NCBI GenBank assembly: GCA_965235115.1
Contig: OZ249442.1
Span: 18,848,001 to 18,912,000, forward strand
Length of the DNA: 64,000 nt
Source: Laetmonice hystrix
Taxonomy: Eukaryota
Reading direction: 5' to 3'
Under the pieces are notes generated by a model. That model was not told the origin of the DNA, ran no database searches, and saw only the letters and a program-made list of their open reading frames with translations. Positions 25,775-40,418 of the stretch are shown one piece after another; the stretch's first letter is position 1; each line of letters begins with the position of its first letter. The position numbers were made by a program, and so were the translations under genes.

Positions 25775-28094
25775 CCCCCCCGGCCGCCGACGCCCACCCT
25801 CCTGTCCCGGTTTGATAATCAACCATTGTGGCGGCTACTAATCCGTCCGTGAAGAGTCGCTCTGCTGTCCCCAATTGTTCTCCAAGCGTGTACTGTGAGC
25901 ATGGCACAACACTAGCTGCTACTAATCCACAGCCCTACTGAGGTCTGATCAATTAAATCCTCCTGCCAGACAAACACTTGAGATTATCTGGGCAGATTAA
26001 AGTGATGTCATGGCATGCATGCTGAATTTGCATAATCTCATTAGATAGGCAGGCCTGAAGTAGGGGGCGGGAGGGCGATGGGGCACGGAGGGTGTGAATG
26101 CGTTTGTTAGGGAAAAGGGTGGGACTATGAAGGGGGAGAGGGCATTGATAAGGGCCCTGTGACCTGACTAACACTTGCTGGATTAAGGGCAGGTGATTAA
26201 CACTCTTTACCTTGGTATCACGGATCTCAACCTTGTGAGCCAATGAACCTTTCTTCTGTCATGTTCGCCTGTCTCAGTGGCCCACAGCGCTCGCTCCCCT
26301 CCCCCTCGATCTCCTCAGGCCCCGTTTCCGGTGCAAGTCACTGGATAGTGTGGGATGGACTTTCTGATCGGAGATAAGAAATTTATAAAGCTCCAAAAAA
26401 AGCTGACAAAACCCAAAGGAATAGTATAATCATCAAATCAGGCCCAATATCTTACCGTGGGTAGAGTGAGATGTGTAATAGAGAGTAAATTCATCTATAC
26501 ACTTAAAATCAACTAAAATTTGGAAATGCACTCAACACTTAATGTTTTTATAAAACTGAAAAATACAAGATATGCATGGCTAGTGTGACGGTGCAGAAAC
26601 AGGTGTCCCATTTGGTTCACTCACCTTGATATCAGACTAGCTAAGTCCCCGTCTTCGACGGAAACCGCCAGGTGACGTTGTTTACAAACACTGAACCATT
26701 CTGCCACCTGGTGGTAGATGGGGTGGGGGGGACCTCCTGAGCTATAAATAGATTTCGGAGATCCCTATTGGAAAAGTCCTTAAAAACAACATTTTCCATA
26801 GAGTTAATGTCGCCAATTTTGCGCAATGACAATCTTTGAGTAAAACTTCATCTTTTCAAGATGAGCACAGTTACACACTCGAGTCTCAATTCGAGAACAT
26901 CCGTGACATAACTTCCCTCTTTCCCGTTTATTTCATATATAGAAGATAGAATAACATCTTTAGCTCTGCAATTCATAAAGTCTTTAGGATAAGTGATTTC
27001 AGCTTCATTCATGTGATGATAACAGCCGCATAGGTTCATGCTATCCTACTGATAAAAATGCAATGATGAGTCAGGCTATGCAATCTGGGGACAGTTATAG
27101 AGGGACATATGGACCGGCTGGTATACAGTATGCAGTGTGACGTAGTGATTTCATGAGGGTAAGATAAGGGTGGAATATTCTGGAAGCTGGCTGGTCATGT
27201 GTTACCCTGCGTGCATGGTAATTCACCAACCTCATTTGTCTTTGCATTTTATGGGCATAATTTGTCCTTTGATCTGGCGATCTTCGGCATGACCAGTGGT
27301 TCTAATATAATATCGCGATTCGTCACTTTTCGCCAGTCGACATTAATTATGACAGATGAAATTGATTTCTGAGCGTTGCTCGGGTCTGTGTTTCATTATG
27401 GCCACGGTGGGTGAGTGCCAAATATGCTCGCGGATTTTACCCAATGAATGGCATCACCCTAGAGGACAAGAAGGGCTCGATCAAAAGTTTCTCTCCGCAG
27501 CACTTTCAAGCTGATTGGGGCAAATTGGCATTAGGGCCTGGCTGTGGGTGAACCAGGGGTCAGGGTGACAAAGAGGCCACTTGGGCGCTGGGCTTTGAAG
27601 AATGTGTCATTAAGATGATCATATGCATTATGGACCATGCATGCAATGTTTGGTGCTAGAAATCAATGTGAAAAATTCCACCCTTCAAATTGGTATCGTT
27701 AGAATATTAGAATAAATTTACGAGTGATAGGAATACAATGAATGGAGCATTTCCTCTTGTTGGGACAGGTTAAAGGTTTCTGACATGATAACATGATATG
27801 ACCATGGATGGACGCAGCATGGGTGGCGGCACCTGGCGGTGGTGACGTAAGGACGCCGCGTCTGGTGGTTGGTGTGGAGTGTTGGTATGTCGTCACGACC
27901 GAACGACCGGTCACCGCCCCATCACCAGGCAGGGCCCCGGTCACCCACTCAGGCCCCCCGCCGGCCTGTCAGCTCCGAGAACAAAACCAACCCAAACTCA
28001 TCAATTACGATCCCACCACAATGGGTTCCAGGTCACAGACCTTAGGGTTTGCAAACAGATTAAACCTAGGTCCAGACACCGCGGATTTAGAGGT

Positions 28095-28405
28095 NNNNNN
28101 NNNNNNNNNNNNNNNNNNNNNNNNNNNNNNNNNNNNNNNNNNNNNNNNNNNNNNNNNNNNNNNNNNNNNNNNNNNNNNNNNNNNNNNNNNNNNNNNNNNN
28201 NNNNNNNNNNNNNNNNNNNNNNNNNNNNNNNNNNNNNNNNNNNNNNNNNNNNNNNNNNNNNNNNNNNNNNNNNNNNNNNNNNNNNNNNNNNNNNNNNNNN
28301 NNNNNNNNNNNNNNNNNNNNNNNNNNNNNNNNNNNNNNNNNNNNNNNNNNNNNNNNNNNNNNNNNNNNNNNNNNNNNNNNNNNNNNNNNNNNNNNNNNNN
28401 NNNNN
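28095..28405. other. Assembly gap (311 N)
   Basis: Run of N abutting a tetranucleotide microsatellite. Confidence 1.
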
Positions 28406-28524
28406 TAGCCAGCCAGTCAGTCAGTCAGTCAGTCAGTCAGTTAGCCAGCCAATCAGTCAGTCAGTTAGCCATCCAGCCAGCCAGCCAGCCAGCCAGTCAG
28501 TCAGTCAGTCAGTCAGTTTGTCAG
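28406..28524. repeat. Compound (CAGT)n/(CAGC)n microsatellite
   Basis: Interleaved CAGT and CAGC runs truncated on the left by the gap. Confidence 0.95.
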
Positions 28525-31500
28525 TTAATTTTCTTCAAGATTTCTTTGGATAGACCGACTGGCAGGTTGAGTGAAGAAACCAGGTTCCCTACCAGGCAAG
28601 ACTCATAACATATGCAGTTCATGTGTTATCAAGACCATTCATTAATGGTCTTTACTGCAATCATGAAGGGTCTGAAAGTAGGGCAAAAGGGCCTCCAAGC
28701 ACACTTGAATAGACTTACTGTAGAGCAGGAAAGGTTAAAAGCATTCACTAAAGACGGGAGCCCCCTCCGTCCAGGTCAAGTAAGTACCATGAAGGCTATT
28801 AATGCTAACAGAGAACATGGGGTTGTAAAAAACCCTCGGGCCATTTCAAGTGTAGTGCTTCTGCATGATTGATCACTTGCATACAGGAAAACTATGTCAT
28901 CAGCACCTGAACTAAAGGTTACTTGAAGCATATAAAAAGACTGCTGAAATTTTGTATAACGCGTTATGAAACATCAGTTTGTTATTCATGTGAAAGTGAA
29001 TGGGTGTCATATTCCTTATGATCACTTGTGAAGTCGGTCCTTGTTGCAGCGTTATCCGGAATTCTTGTGTTGTCTCTGAGAAAAGTTTTGGGTGCATGGT
29101 CGACGTCGAGTTGGGCTCGAGAACCTCGGTCAGCCTTCACTGCTGAGGACGTGAAGGTACAAATTGCAAGGCGAGGAGTGTTGCCACAAATCTTGTTACT
29201 CCGATGAGCCCATAGGGACCGAGCCATTTCAATATGGTGGAGAAGCGGTAAAGGAGGCACCGGAATGACCTGCTTTTCGTCCGCTGTCTCTCACTTGTAC
29301 TGCTTATTTAAGCACACTTAAATTCATTTTCAACTCCATCCCAGGGGAGGGTTGGGGAGCAACATGTGAGGAGGGTAAAGCACAGGTGGCTTGCTGGGAG
29401 TGTCGGTGCGATCATTCACTTAATCAAGACGGGAACTCTGTGCGAGAAGTTGGGATGTTGGTGTGTTGGAGTGGGTCATTGTCTTAGAGCCTGGCCCTTG
29501 GCCCCAGCGTACCGACACAGGAGCCCCTACCCGGCCAGATGCCCCGCTATACACTGACGGGGATAAATCGTAACTCATTCACGGAACACGCAACACTCGG
29601 ACCTCTGCCGCAGCCTGGCCTATGTATATGTACAGAATTTGTATCGATCCATACGAGCAATCACATTGTCATATCTTATTGCACAGTGGGCAAGGAGGTT
29701 TCAGCCTCTGAAGTCAGGAGAAATGGATTAGCTGTACATGTAATATAAATCATTGACGGTTATGAGTGTCAGTTTGGAGCTGCCATGCATGAGATAGTAG
29801 CCCCTTGCCATATTTGTCAATTTTGCACGAGTCCTTTTGAAGAAACTCTCAGCTTGGACGGCCATCATAAACTGATTACTTTACATTAGCTGGATCCCAA
29901 GTGAGGTCTCTTACAAGTTTGAATTCTGTCAAGCTGTTATTTATGTGGAAGGGAGTGTCTCAACCCAACCTTTGGGTAGTTACTCATCAGTCTGGGACAA
30001 ATTCATAAAGGTTGGGCTTCTTCTTAACGTCTTCTAGGTTTCTTCTCCTTCTCATCCTCCTTCTTCGACTTCCTCGCAAAAAAAATACAATGAAGGCTAA
30101 AGATCAATTTGTGGGTGTCAAAGATGTGTAAATCTCATCACTTTGCTGGGACACAGTTCTAATATAAAAGTCAAACACCTGGTGAGAGTAAACGGGCGAC
30201 AGTGTGGAATAAACACGGCGTATTTGCCTTTCCCATGGATGGAGGTGTCCTGTGCTGTTTGAGAGAGCGTAGGGATATTGAGTTTGGGGCGAATATTCAT
30301 CAACATAACGAACATAACGAGGCTGAGACCTGATTTACACACATCCTCTTCACTTGTCAGTTTGAAACACTAGAGCTGACAAGCTCGGGTGAAAATGCCA
30401 TCAAGAGCCTGACTCTGTTGTACTAGTATGTAGAGAATGTGTCATGTGCTAGAGAAAAGTGAAAATATCTTAATAACACACCCCATGGTCTTAATGACCG
30501 TTCAGACTATTTACCCCGCCTGGTGATGAGACGCTCCAAGTTCAGCCAGAGGTCAGCCTAAGGGGCTCGATTTCCCCCAATCCCTGCCGCGCATCAGACC
30601 AAACGGGCTTTTTTCAAACTGTGCCCTTTTAATTAGAACTGTTCAGGGCCGAGTCCATAGCATTTGGGCGATGTTTGAAGCCATGAAAATTAGACTTTGA
30701 GGAGGTTGGGTTACACTGGCGAGACAGACAAGACGGAAGCTGTGCTGAATCGAGGTCAGAGTGGCAAGTTTATTGTATTGTATTGGCCCCTGTGGGCCTG
30801 CCAGTCACCCCCTTGGTGGGCTGTAAATGGACCGGTCCAATATGGGTTAGAGTTCATGCTTGCCAGCTACTGAATCCTGCACACTGATAGCAAGGATCAC
30901 GCCCGTTGACCTAATTGTGCTCGGCTGGCAAAATAACAGATGGAAATGAGCGGCCATATCAGATGAGCACTCAGGCTGCTGTTAGTCTGGAGCAAATGTA
31001 CCCCCGCATGGGCGCAGTACCCCACATTGGAACCCCGTGACGTGGCAAGTCGGAGGAAATTCCAAATCAAAGTTATGAAGTATTATTTAGAAGCTAACTT
31101 AGCGGCTCTATGTGGCGCCTGTAATCGGTTTCTTTGTTAAATGACAACTGAGATCAACTGTTGGGGGAAGGATCTGGTTTAAAAGTCATAGGAGCTTTTG
31201 TTGTAAGGGGTTTTTTATGTTATAAGAGAGAGGTATAAGGGTATTAAAGAGGGTATTAAAGAGAGAAACATTTGTGGGGTGATCAGTAAGTCCTCCAGGA
31301 ATATACATGTCTCATTACTCAGGAAGAGAGATTTTTTGCATGACATCCTTTTGTTTGAAAAAGGATGCGGTGAAAGTAGAGTTTCTTTTTACTGGAGCAT
31401 GTAAATTGTGGCCCGGAAATGTCGGACGGTAGCCCATCAGTTGTCCTTTGTGATGTAAACCGCAGTGTTTTGGCATGGTCATGATCGCCATGTTAGGACG

Positions 31501-34500
31501 GTGGTCAAGTAACCCTTGTTGATATGTGTGAAGGAGACGGTAGGGGTGTGTAATGTTCTATGGTCGGTGAAGTTACTCAGGTGGGATGGGACACAATGCT
31601 GACCAGAGGGGTCACTCTATCCTCCCCCCTGACCGAGCTAAATGGTGTGTGCCCACATGTGGTCGGAGTCCCCAGGGAGCCAGACTGGTGGAATGTGGAG
31701 CGGCCAGCCAGCGGCCGCGGCCCGGGTGGGCGGGAGGAACGGGGAGCGGGGCCGCCAGCCGGTCACTGTCCCACAGGCCAGACACACCAGGCACCCTTCT
31801 ACCGATCGGCCATAAAGCACCGGCTATAGCCCCACCCCCGCCGACCACACCCACCCCGTAGCCTGCCTCTACCCCCCGCAGGCAGGGACAGCCAAGGGAG
31901 GGGCAGCCCCATAAACCCATAAGGCACCGGGCGGGGTGTAGGCCATGCCCCGGGGGGTCGGGCCGAGGAGGGCGGGTAGTGTGGTCAAGATGGTCATTTC
32001 CCATATTGCACACTAAACAAGGTGGTTGAACTTGAGAAGCCCAAGACCGCTGTGGTTAAATGTAAAACGGGTAACATGGTGGTCAGCGTGAACTGACAAC
32101 TGCTTCTGGGCAGTCGGCCATGAAGGCAACCCTGAATAGACTGTCAGCCTTACCTTCCAACCAAATGTGGGAAAATATCAATACAGTTACCAACTTCTAT
32201 TTGGCATGTTGGACAGGTTAAGAAAAACTCTGATCAGTATTGGCTTCTATCACAGCTTTGGAAGGACCAAGGAATGAAACGACCGATTTTCAATCGAACG
32301 ACTGACTTTCATACTTGTCTCAAAGGATTTGATCAGTATAAAAAAAACTCAGATTATTGCGTGAGTTAATGGGTAATGCTATGTATTTGATACATAGCCT
32401 GGTGACAATACTTACCCAATTTGTTTCAAGTTAAGGGCGTTATTCAGAAGAGAATTCCAGCAGAGGTTACTCATGGTTTGACCACCGTTTGAACGATCGG
32501 AGCCCAGGTATAGAGGATGCGTCCCCATGGAACGATCCGATTTGAACTCGAATTGAAAGTGATTAAGCTGGGGCGAGATCCGATGTAATAGGACACGGGA
32601 AGAGGTGGGATGTGTGCTCGGGATGTGACGAGGCGGGCTTTTGTTGGCAGGCGACAGGCGAGGAGGGGCTGGCCGCTGTTTTATGGGTCATATGTTGACC
32701 TGCATATGAATGTCACATCAAAGGTAGATCAATTAATCAGGACTATGTTGATTGTGGGTGCTATTGATCGTTATGACTGGGCCGTCGGGTTATGGTGCCA
32801 GCCCCCATTGATTGGACGTGGGCAGGACAGGCCAGGCAGACCGAGTGGCAGCCACGACACTAATGAGTACAACAGATCAATGCTCCAACCATTGCAAGCA
32901 TGCATTGAGGACACAAAATACAGCCGAATACTTAAGATGTCAGTGCATAGAGTCACTGAGAGTGTGCGCAGCTCTAGTCAGACCTCTGAGCTGGGACTTT
33001 GGAATACTTGGGGTTTCTATAGAAATTGCTCAGAGGGCTAATTTTATATCACTTCTTGATGGTTTCTTCTCCTGTCATTAATATGGATACATTGATTGTC
33101 AGGAATGAATGGTTCATTTCCGGTCAGAATGGAGGCAGCCCATGGGAATACCTCGTTTATTGTTTTCATATAATATAACTGTTACCCGTTATACATGTTG
33201 GTACTCTTTAGATTTTGAGGCCTTTTGATCGGGAAGAGTGAATTTTATGGTTTTATTAGGTGATAAACCTAAGAAGTAATTGTACGCCAGAAGAAAAGTT
33301 CACAAGCAGTCAATGCCACCCTATTTTTAACCAATGTCTGATCTGAACACAAGCTGGAGTAACTTGCAAACATGAGGTCAGCCACGCAGTCATTGAAAAA
33401 GTTGCCGTCAGGCAAGGACTATGTCAGTTAATGGTTAAAACTAAAGTGTGGGATACATGGCCCGAGACCTAGTCATCTGTCGACTATATTAGGCGATAGG
33501 TCAGTTTCCTGTCACAGCTTGGAGGAGCTCTGTTGTCGTTGATAGCTTGCCATAACGGTCATGCATAATGTTGTATCGAATTAGACATTTTTCATATTGT
33601 TTTCATGTATGCCGTTGTGTAAATGTCATCAGAGTCAGACTTGTTCAGCTCCGTAATGTATGCAAAGCGATGCATGACACCAGATAAGCAATGCAAAGGA
33701 GGTTGCTTATCTCATTACGTATGGTGCTGTACTACAGCATTTAGGCCATAGGTTAATAGCCGGTCAGCCAGAATGGTGATAATCAACTCTTGCTTTCACC
33801 ATGGATTGACTGTGCCACAACAAGCAGCCAGTAATTAAATACTGTGAGACACACTTAGGCTTTAACAGATGTCCTCAGACGCAATGTTTGTGTGGATAGA
33901 CATATATAAGGGGAGATGTTGGCCATTTGGTGCCACTAAATGTGCCGCTGTCAGATACATCCAGTGATAATCGTAATTATGCCAATTTCATCAGGCATGC
34001 TTGGATGCCGAAGTGTGATAATTGAGATAGGATAACCGCAGGCATAGCCATGATTGGCAGACATGGCATGAGAAGACATACTTCTCGCACCTTTTCCAGT
34101 CCTTCAGCTGTACCAATTACAAGCAATCTTTAATTGTTACTGCCTAAAGATTTATAGGACTGGTCTGATTGCTTGATGGCGTCCTTCTACACGGATGAGT
34201 CACATACGTTTCAGCTAGACTGTTACAACATGAGTCTACACGACTTTATTTCTGTTTACTTTGACGCCCAGCTCAACTTGCTTATTTGTAAATACGTTTG
34301 GAGAAGATGTCAAGGAGAAAGTTGAACAATCTTCTGAATGGCAATGTGAAAGGACATGTTACAACTAAGGTTTCACTTTTTGCCCTATTATTCAATTATT
34401 ACCTGGTAGTTACTTGTTTAATGCTGTTTTCTTTTGTCATATGGGAAAGTCAGGCAGTATAATAGGATATGAATGAAAAAATATGTTTGAAAGTCAAGGC

Positions 34501-37500
34501 AGGACCAAACAGTGAACGAAAGCAATTTACACTAACATAAAAATTAAAAATGTGTTTCTACTTGATTGGATGATTATCTTCACTAAGGCAGTTCTCGGCT
34601 TACCTATTAGTATGAGTCAGGCCCTGTGTAGGATCCAGAGGGTGTTTTATGTACGACCTGCCTGTAGTCGGAATGGACGATGCCCGGATCAGCCCTGTGT
34701 CTTCATCGTCTTCCACCAAGTCAGCCAAATTTTCCCAACTCATTACCTACACATAATAACTTCATCCGAGGCACCGAACGCACTGCGATTCTTTTTCACA
34801 TTAATGCATGACAGATGCCTCATTTTCCCGATTAAGATCATTAAGATATCCAGATTACTAGAAATATTATGCCATCAATCCATTCCGTCTAAAGTTTCAT
34901 ATCAAATGCAATTAAAAGCCCCATTATGGCTCTTTAGGATAGTGCAGTCGCTGAAGACAGCAACGATGTAAAAGACTCTCAGAAGTGTTTTTCCCTAATT
35001 GCTTGACATTTAATTTTTATCGGATAAGATGGCTGCACTAAGCACATTTCTGCAAGAGCATTTGTTCTAACAGATTTCAATATTTGCTAGATTTTTATTT
35101 GCGATGTACAGTTGTGTAAATGCACGCCTTCACTAAGACAACTTTTATCTGTAAAGGCTACCACAGATCATGAGAAAATGTCTTTTATCCGTGTGAGGTT
35201 GAAGGATTTCATTGTTGGCAGCCCAGCGACATGAGACTGTTGCTGTGTTTTTCCGATCACATTAAGTGGTTTCTATCTTATGATGTTATGAAAGTTTGAT
35301 AAGAAAAGTTGACTCTCTTGATCGCTGTCCCTCTGATGCCCTCTGTGCAGCTTTGCTGATAATGGCTTTGTCTGTCATTTCTTTTAAGAGAAACCAGAAT
35401 GTCTTTCAGTCAACAGCAAACGGTTTCATAATGAGAAACACCCAAATGAAAGTCAGCTCTGCCTTCTAAGTTATTAGCCTCGACAAGTACAGCCCAGAAC
35501 GTCCCTTCAGCTGGCGAGTGTCAGAACGTGGCTCTGCCCATATAATCACTGTTATTGAATCCAGATGAACATTCGCTCAAAGGATGTGGGCAAAATGATC
35601 AGACATGATATCGTAAATTTATTAACCAAGATACATTTGACTCTGTGGTGAAATGGGGACTGGTATAGGGCGCGAAAAAAAGGTGGACTTCTTTCCGCCA
35701 GGAAATACTCTAAGCAACTCCAGATGTTCATGTAGCTGTATCAGAAAGGTTATCAGGCCGTCCGACAGTGTACGAGTGGTAATTAACCTTTGTCCCAAAG
35801 CAACGTCCTTTAAAGGAATTACAGTGCGAACTGGGGAAAAAGTAAAAGGTGATTATATGAAGCGTTTATTGCAACCTGGATGCCAGGAGTGAGAGTTTAA
35901 ATTGGCATTTTCTGTGATCTTTGAAGCGCATCTTTACAAGTACCGCTCGAGGAGGCCGTTGTATGGATGGCTGAAATTAACGAAATTACCGTCAGCTCTG
36001 TCTTACTTCCTGTGTGCCATGAACAGGAATAAAAGGTCAAAGAATCACTTGGGGATTCGCAAACATATAGTATGTATGAAGGGATGTGCAGGAGGCAGTG
36101 TTGATGCTGCTTGTTTTAGCATGTCCCACTTGGCAATTATTAGAACAGAGCTAACCGCGCCATGGCCGTCTCGGAGTGAAGCAGTCCTAAATTACCTCGG
36201 TATCAGATGTCTTCTAAGTCTTTTGATGTCTGACTGTTAAAATGGTGGACGTGCTGATAGGATGTGATGATTTATGCTGATAATTCAAGAAATGTAACAT
36301 CAGTTGGCCACTGGGTGGTGTGGGGGTCGGGGTGGGGTGGGGGCAGACCTAAAGCCGGGGCCTAATGACGAGCACAGATAACAAGTCCTCCCCAGCCAGA
36401 CGGATTCTCCAACTGCTAGTCTTTTCAGATTGCATACAGATACAAATATGATTTATGATTATTGCAAATGTTCTCAGGGTCATGACCCCTTGGCGGAGTG
36501 ATATGAGCGTGCCCTTATAAATGTTGATTGCGTGCCCCAGTGGGCTGAGATGGGGTAGGGCGGCAGGGGAAGGGACTGACTGCTGAGATAATGTCTGCAG
36601 CCTTCTGGCATTTAAAGATTTAATGTGTAACAGGACCTATAATTGACTTTGGCCAAGTTTTGCCTCTTGATTAGGATGTTTGGTGTTTCCAGTCTAGTGC
36701 GTTTTTGATGAGCAAAAAGTGGTGTGCCTAAATTCATCAAAACTTGCATCAACTTAAGGTGAAGGGAGGGAGATTCTGAAGGTTTTTTTTGTTGAGTGCA
36801 CTTTACTGGTGAACTTCGCCAGCAGAAGTAAGCGGAGCCGGTCTCTGATTAATTAACACAGAACATATGTTGGCTGGCTGATGTATGTTTCACACATTTA
36901 GGAGAGAGAATGTTTTGATGTGTTCTCCAGGGGGTGGAAGGGCGAGTTAGTTATCCAGGGTGGGATGGATGTTACTTAGCTCGAGGGAAACAGGGTGGGA
37001 TGGGAATCGGGGGTAGAGGGAGGGCCGAAATCAGGCATGGGGGGATGAGTTGCAATAAGCCCAGGAAAGTGTGGATTTATTTGTTTAAGGATTCTGCCCC
37101 ACATCTCTGTCAGATGGATTAGAGAGTCTTGAGCGTGGAATCAGTTATGCTAGTTGCTTCTATCTGTTGGAGGAAATGTGCAGGGGTATCTGGCCAGGCG
37201 CAGCGGGACACCATGCGTACAGGCCAAGCCTGCAGAACGTTCCGAGATGATGGTGGGCGTTGGAAAGTCCATGTGAAATGACCCCCAGACGCACACACTT
37301 TCCATTTAGATGGAAGCGCACAGTGAGTGCAGCCTTGTAAGCTTACACTGACATCTGGGGACGGCGATTCCCCTGCTTGCTACACTAATTAGGGGGGTGA
37401 AGGCTGTGTCAGGTATTAGTGATGTGTGAAGGAAATAATGAACGCAATATCTGGTTCTAATCATTATGAAAAATCATGGGAGTCTGGATAATGTGTTATT

Positions 37501-38079
37501 TTGTGACGTGAGTGGAACAAGCAGGGGCTCGTCTCGTTTGACTTCCATAATTAAGGCACTCGCTAGTTGCTGGATGGTGTCGGCTTACATAGCTAAGGTC
37601 AACGGAAGGAAAACATACATGGGGTGCACTTTGTGCCACAGGGGGTGCGGATGGGAACCTGGGAGAAGACTCCTCTGGCCTCCCTTCTCACACTCTACCC
37701 CCCACCCCCACCCCACCCCCTCTGTGGAAACAATGCCATGACGGTGGCTCATCAATCACAGCTCGTCACCAAATTCTGAATGTGTGAAATAGGCTTTGAC
37801 CAGATAATGTTCACAATTCGCTTCACTGGGGTCGAGGGATGGTTAGGAATAAGTGGCGTGTTTTGTAAGCTCAGACCTGTTGGTGGCCTGTTTATGCCAG
37901 AAGAACCAAGATAAGAGCCAACACTCAACTCATTCTAACGGTAAGGCACCCAGTCGGCGGATAAATACCATCGTTGCAGTGGGTCTGTCCCGTCTGATTG
38001 CAGGCCGGCCAACACCTTGCTTTAATTTCTGTGGCACTGTCAGCGTCAGCAGGTCAGGCCTGCCAAAGGCTGGGAGGCT

Positions 38080-38118
<39 letters not shown>
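38080..38118. repeat. (AGC)13 microsatellite
   Basis: 13 perfect AGC units. They explain the poly-Ala in the ORFs at 37853-38125 and 37930-38163. Confidence 0.95.
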
Positions 38119-38119
<1 letters not shown>

Positions 38120-39829
38120 CGCTGACCTGACCCTGCCCCTGCTACCCCCACAGCCTGGCCCACCCGGCCACCGGAAGGCTCGACAATGTTCTCATTATGC
38201 CCCCTGTCATTGACACCCAGATAGGCACTGTGTGCTCAGCTTTAATTGTTGGGCCCGGCGTAGCAGCAACACTACGTCATTAGGCGAGTATTTTATTAAA
38301 TACGGTCTGGCACAGAGTCAAGCTGGCCGTTAGACCTGACAGTCAGGGCAGGGCAGGGCGTGTTGGCACACACACTCACACACACAAGCAGGTAGGTTCC
38401 TTTCCTTGAGCCCGAAGCGTTCTCAGGACAGGCCCAAACCGCAGGGAGGATAGGACTGCCGGGAGGGACGGTGGCGGGAATAGAGACAGAGGGGGAGATG
38501 GGACACCAGTGTCACGGAACTGGGTGGCTCACTCCAGCATATCAGAGCCCAGTGAAAATCTGGTTGAATACATTAGGGGCAACCTAGCTGCTAGCAGGTT
38601 CATACATACGTATACAACAGCGACAGTAGTCTAGTAGTTGTGATGGTTATTGTTGCTTGCGCGATGTGTAGAATAGTGTCACCGGTCGTGTCAATTGCCA
38701 GTGGCTTCATGGTCTAACGCCATTTCTCAGACCTATGCTCGGGTCTTCCTAATCAAACTCTCAACCACAGGCATGCAGACAGACCTTGACCCCAAACCAT
38801 GATGTACGGTTCACTGGCCATGGACCCAAGAGTGACCCATGGTAATAGGTCAAAGGTTAGTGTATGACTAGCCAATCATGTAGTGCGGCTGACCAGACCT
38901 ACTGACCTCACCTGAGGATCCACACTGAACTGACCGGGTGGTCGGGGACAGTGGGGCGTGCATTGCGGATGGCAAGGTTTAGCCTGCTTGGCTCTAATAC
39001 AATTACAAAGGTTGTGGAGTCTAAGCTAACATTCTTGGGGTCTGATCTGTCTCTTCTGAGCTCCCAGGTGCTTGATGCATGTATTAACTTTAAGTTGCAC
39101 AATATATCTTTGTAAGTTACTTTTAAAGGAAAAGAAAGAAAGAAAGAAACAAATATGACCTTAAGAAAATAACAATTCCACCGGTAGATCATGATGATAT
39201 TATTTGAAAGAATTTCAACAGTTTGACTCTTGACCATTTGGACACGTTTGGCGGTTAATGAACGGGTGTTTAAACAGTAACAATAGATGCACCATTCACA
39301 TTCAGCCCGAAGACGTCTTCATTGTTGACTCTGGCACATATTTATCAGTTTTGATGAAGGGTGACTCAAAGGAGAGTAATGCATCAGTGTAACTGTCTTT
39401 ATAGGCATTACTGCACTTTGTTCTGAACAATAGACTGCATTGTCATGGTGACAACACCATTGTCTTGCCCCATCAAAGTTTTTTAACCGGTTATCTCAGT
39501 TGACACCAGCTATGTCTAGAGATCTTCCAATTCAACATTCAACCCCCAAATCGTGATATCTTTTTTTTTCGGTTTGCAATGTGTTAAATCAAACCCTGTC
39601 ATGTCATCCAGGTAGAAGAAACTGAAGAATGTGACGTCTAACTTATGTAGAATTATTTGCTGCTGTCAAATGTGTATGTTTTGTCCTGTGTGATGACGGG
39701 AATTTCCTACTTAGATACAGGGACAGTTCACAGGCGGAGATCCGTCCAGAGTGTGTTCTTGGATAAATACAGACTCATGAGGCATGTTCTATGGTATCTA
39801 TATGTTACGCGCCATCCGTCGATCTGGCC

Positions 39830-40418
39830 CATCGGCCGATGGGTCAGACCCACTGGTGGATCAGCCAACAGGTTGCTCATCGGCCGATGGGTCAGACCCA
39901 CTGGTGGATCAGCCAACAGGTTACTCATCGGCCGATGGGTCAGACCCACTGGTGGATAAGCCAACAGGTTGCTCATCGGCCGATGGGTCAGACCCACTGG
40001 TGGATCAGCCAACAGGTTGCTCATCGGCCGATGGGTCAGACCCACTGGTGGATAAGCCAACAGGTTGCTCATCGGCCGATGGGTCAGACCCACTGGTGGA
40101 TCAGCCAACAGGTTGCTCATCGGCCGATGGGTCAGACCCACTGGTGGATCAGCCAACAGGTTGCTCATCGGCCGATGGGTCAGACCCACTGGTGGATCAG
40201 CCAACAGGTTGCTCATCGGCCGATGGGTCAGACCCACTGGTGGATCAGCCAACAGGTTGCTCATCGGCCGATGGGTCAGACCCACTGGTGGATCAGCCAA
40301 CAGGTTGCTCATCGGCCGATGGGTCAGACCCACTGGTGGATCAGCCAACAGGTTGCTCATCGGCCGATGGGTCAGACCCACTGGTGGATCAGCCAAGAGG
40401 TTGCTCATCGGCCGATGG
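39830..40418. repeat. Minisatellite, 12 x 48 bp plus 13 bp partial
   Basis: Unit CATCGGCCGATGGGTCAGACCCACTGGTGGATCAGCCAACAGGTTGCT with very few substitutions and no spacers. Confidence 0.98.

Noticed and set aside
26641-27039. Two minus-strand ORFs in the same frame separated by one stop (possible pseudogene)
   Set aside because: No recognisable motif, and a few such frames are expected by chance in 64 kb.
25530-28608. ORFs spanning N runs, including the 266 and 224 aa calls
   Set aside because: Their length comes from assembly gaps and a CAGT microsatellite.
28618-28779. Possible plus-strand exon ending CAA|GTAAGT
   Set aside because: The acceptor lacks a polypyrimidine tract, the peptide is unrecognised, and no partner exons were found.
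37853-38163. Poly-Ala ORFs suggesting a transcription factor
   Set aside because: Explained by (AGC)13 on both strands, with no DNA-binding domain or clear exon boundaries.
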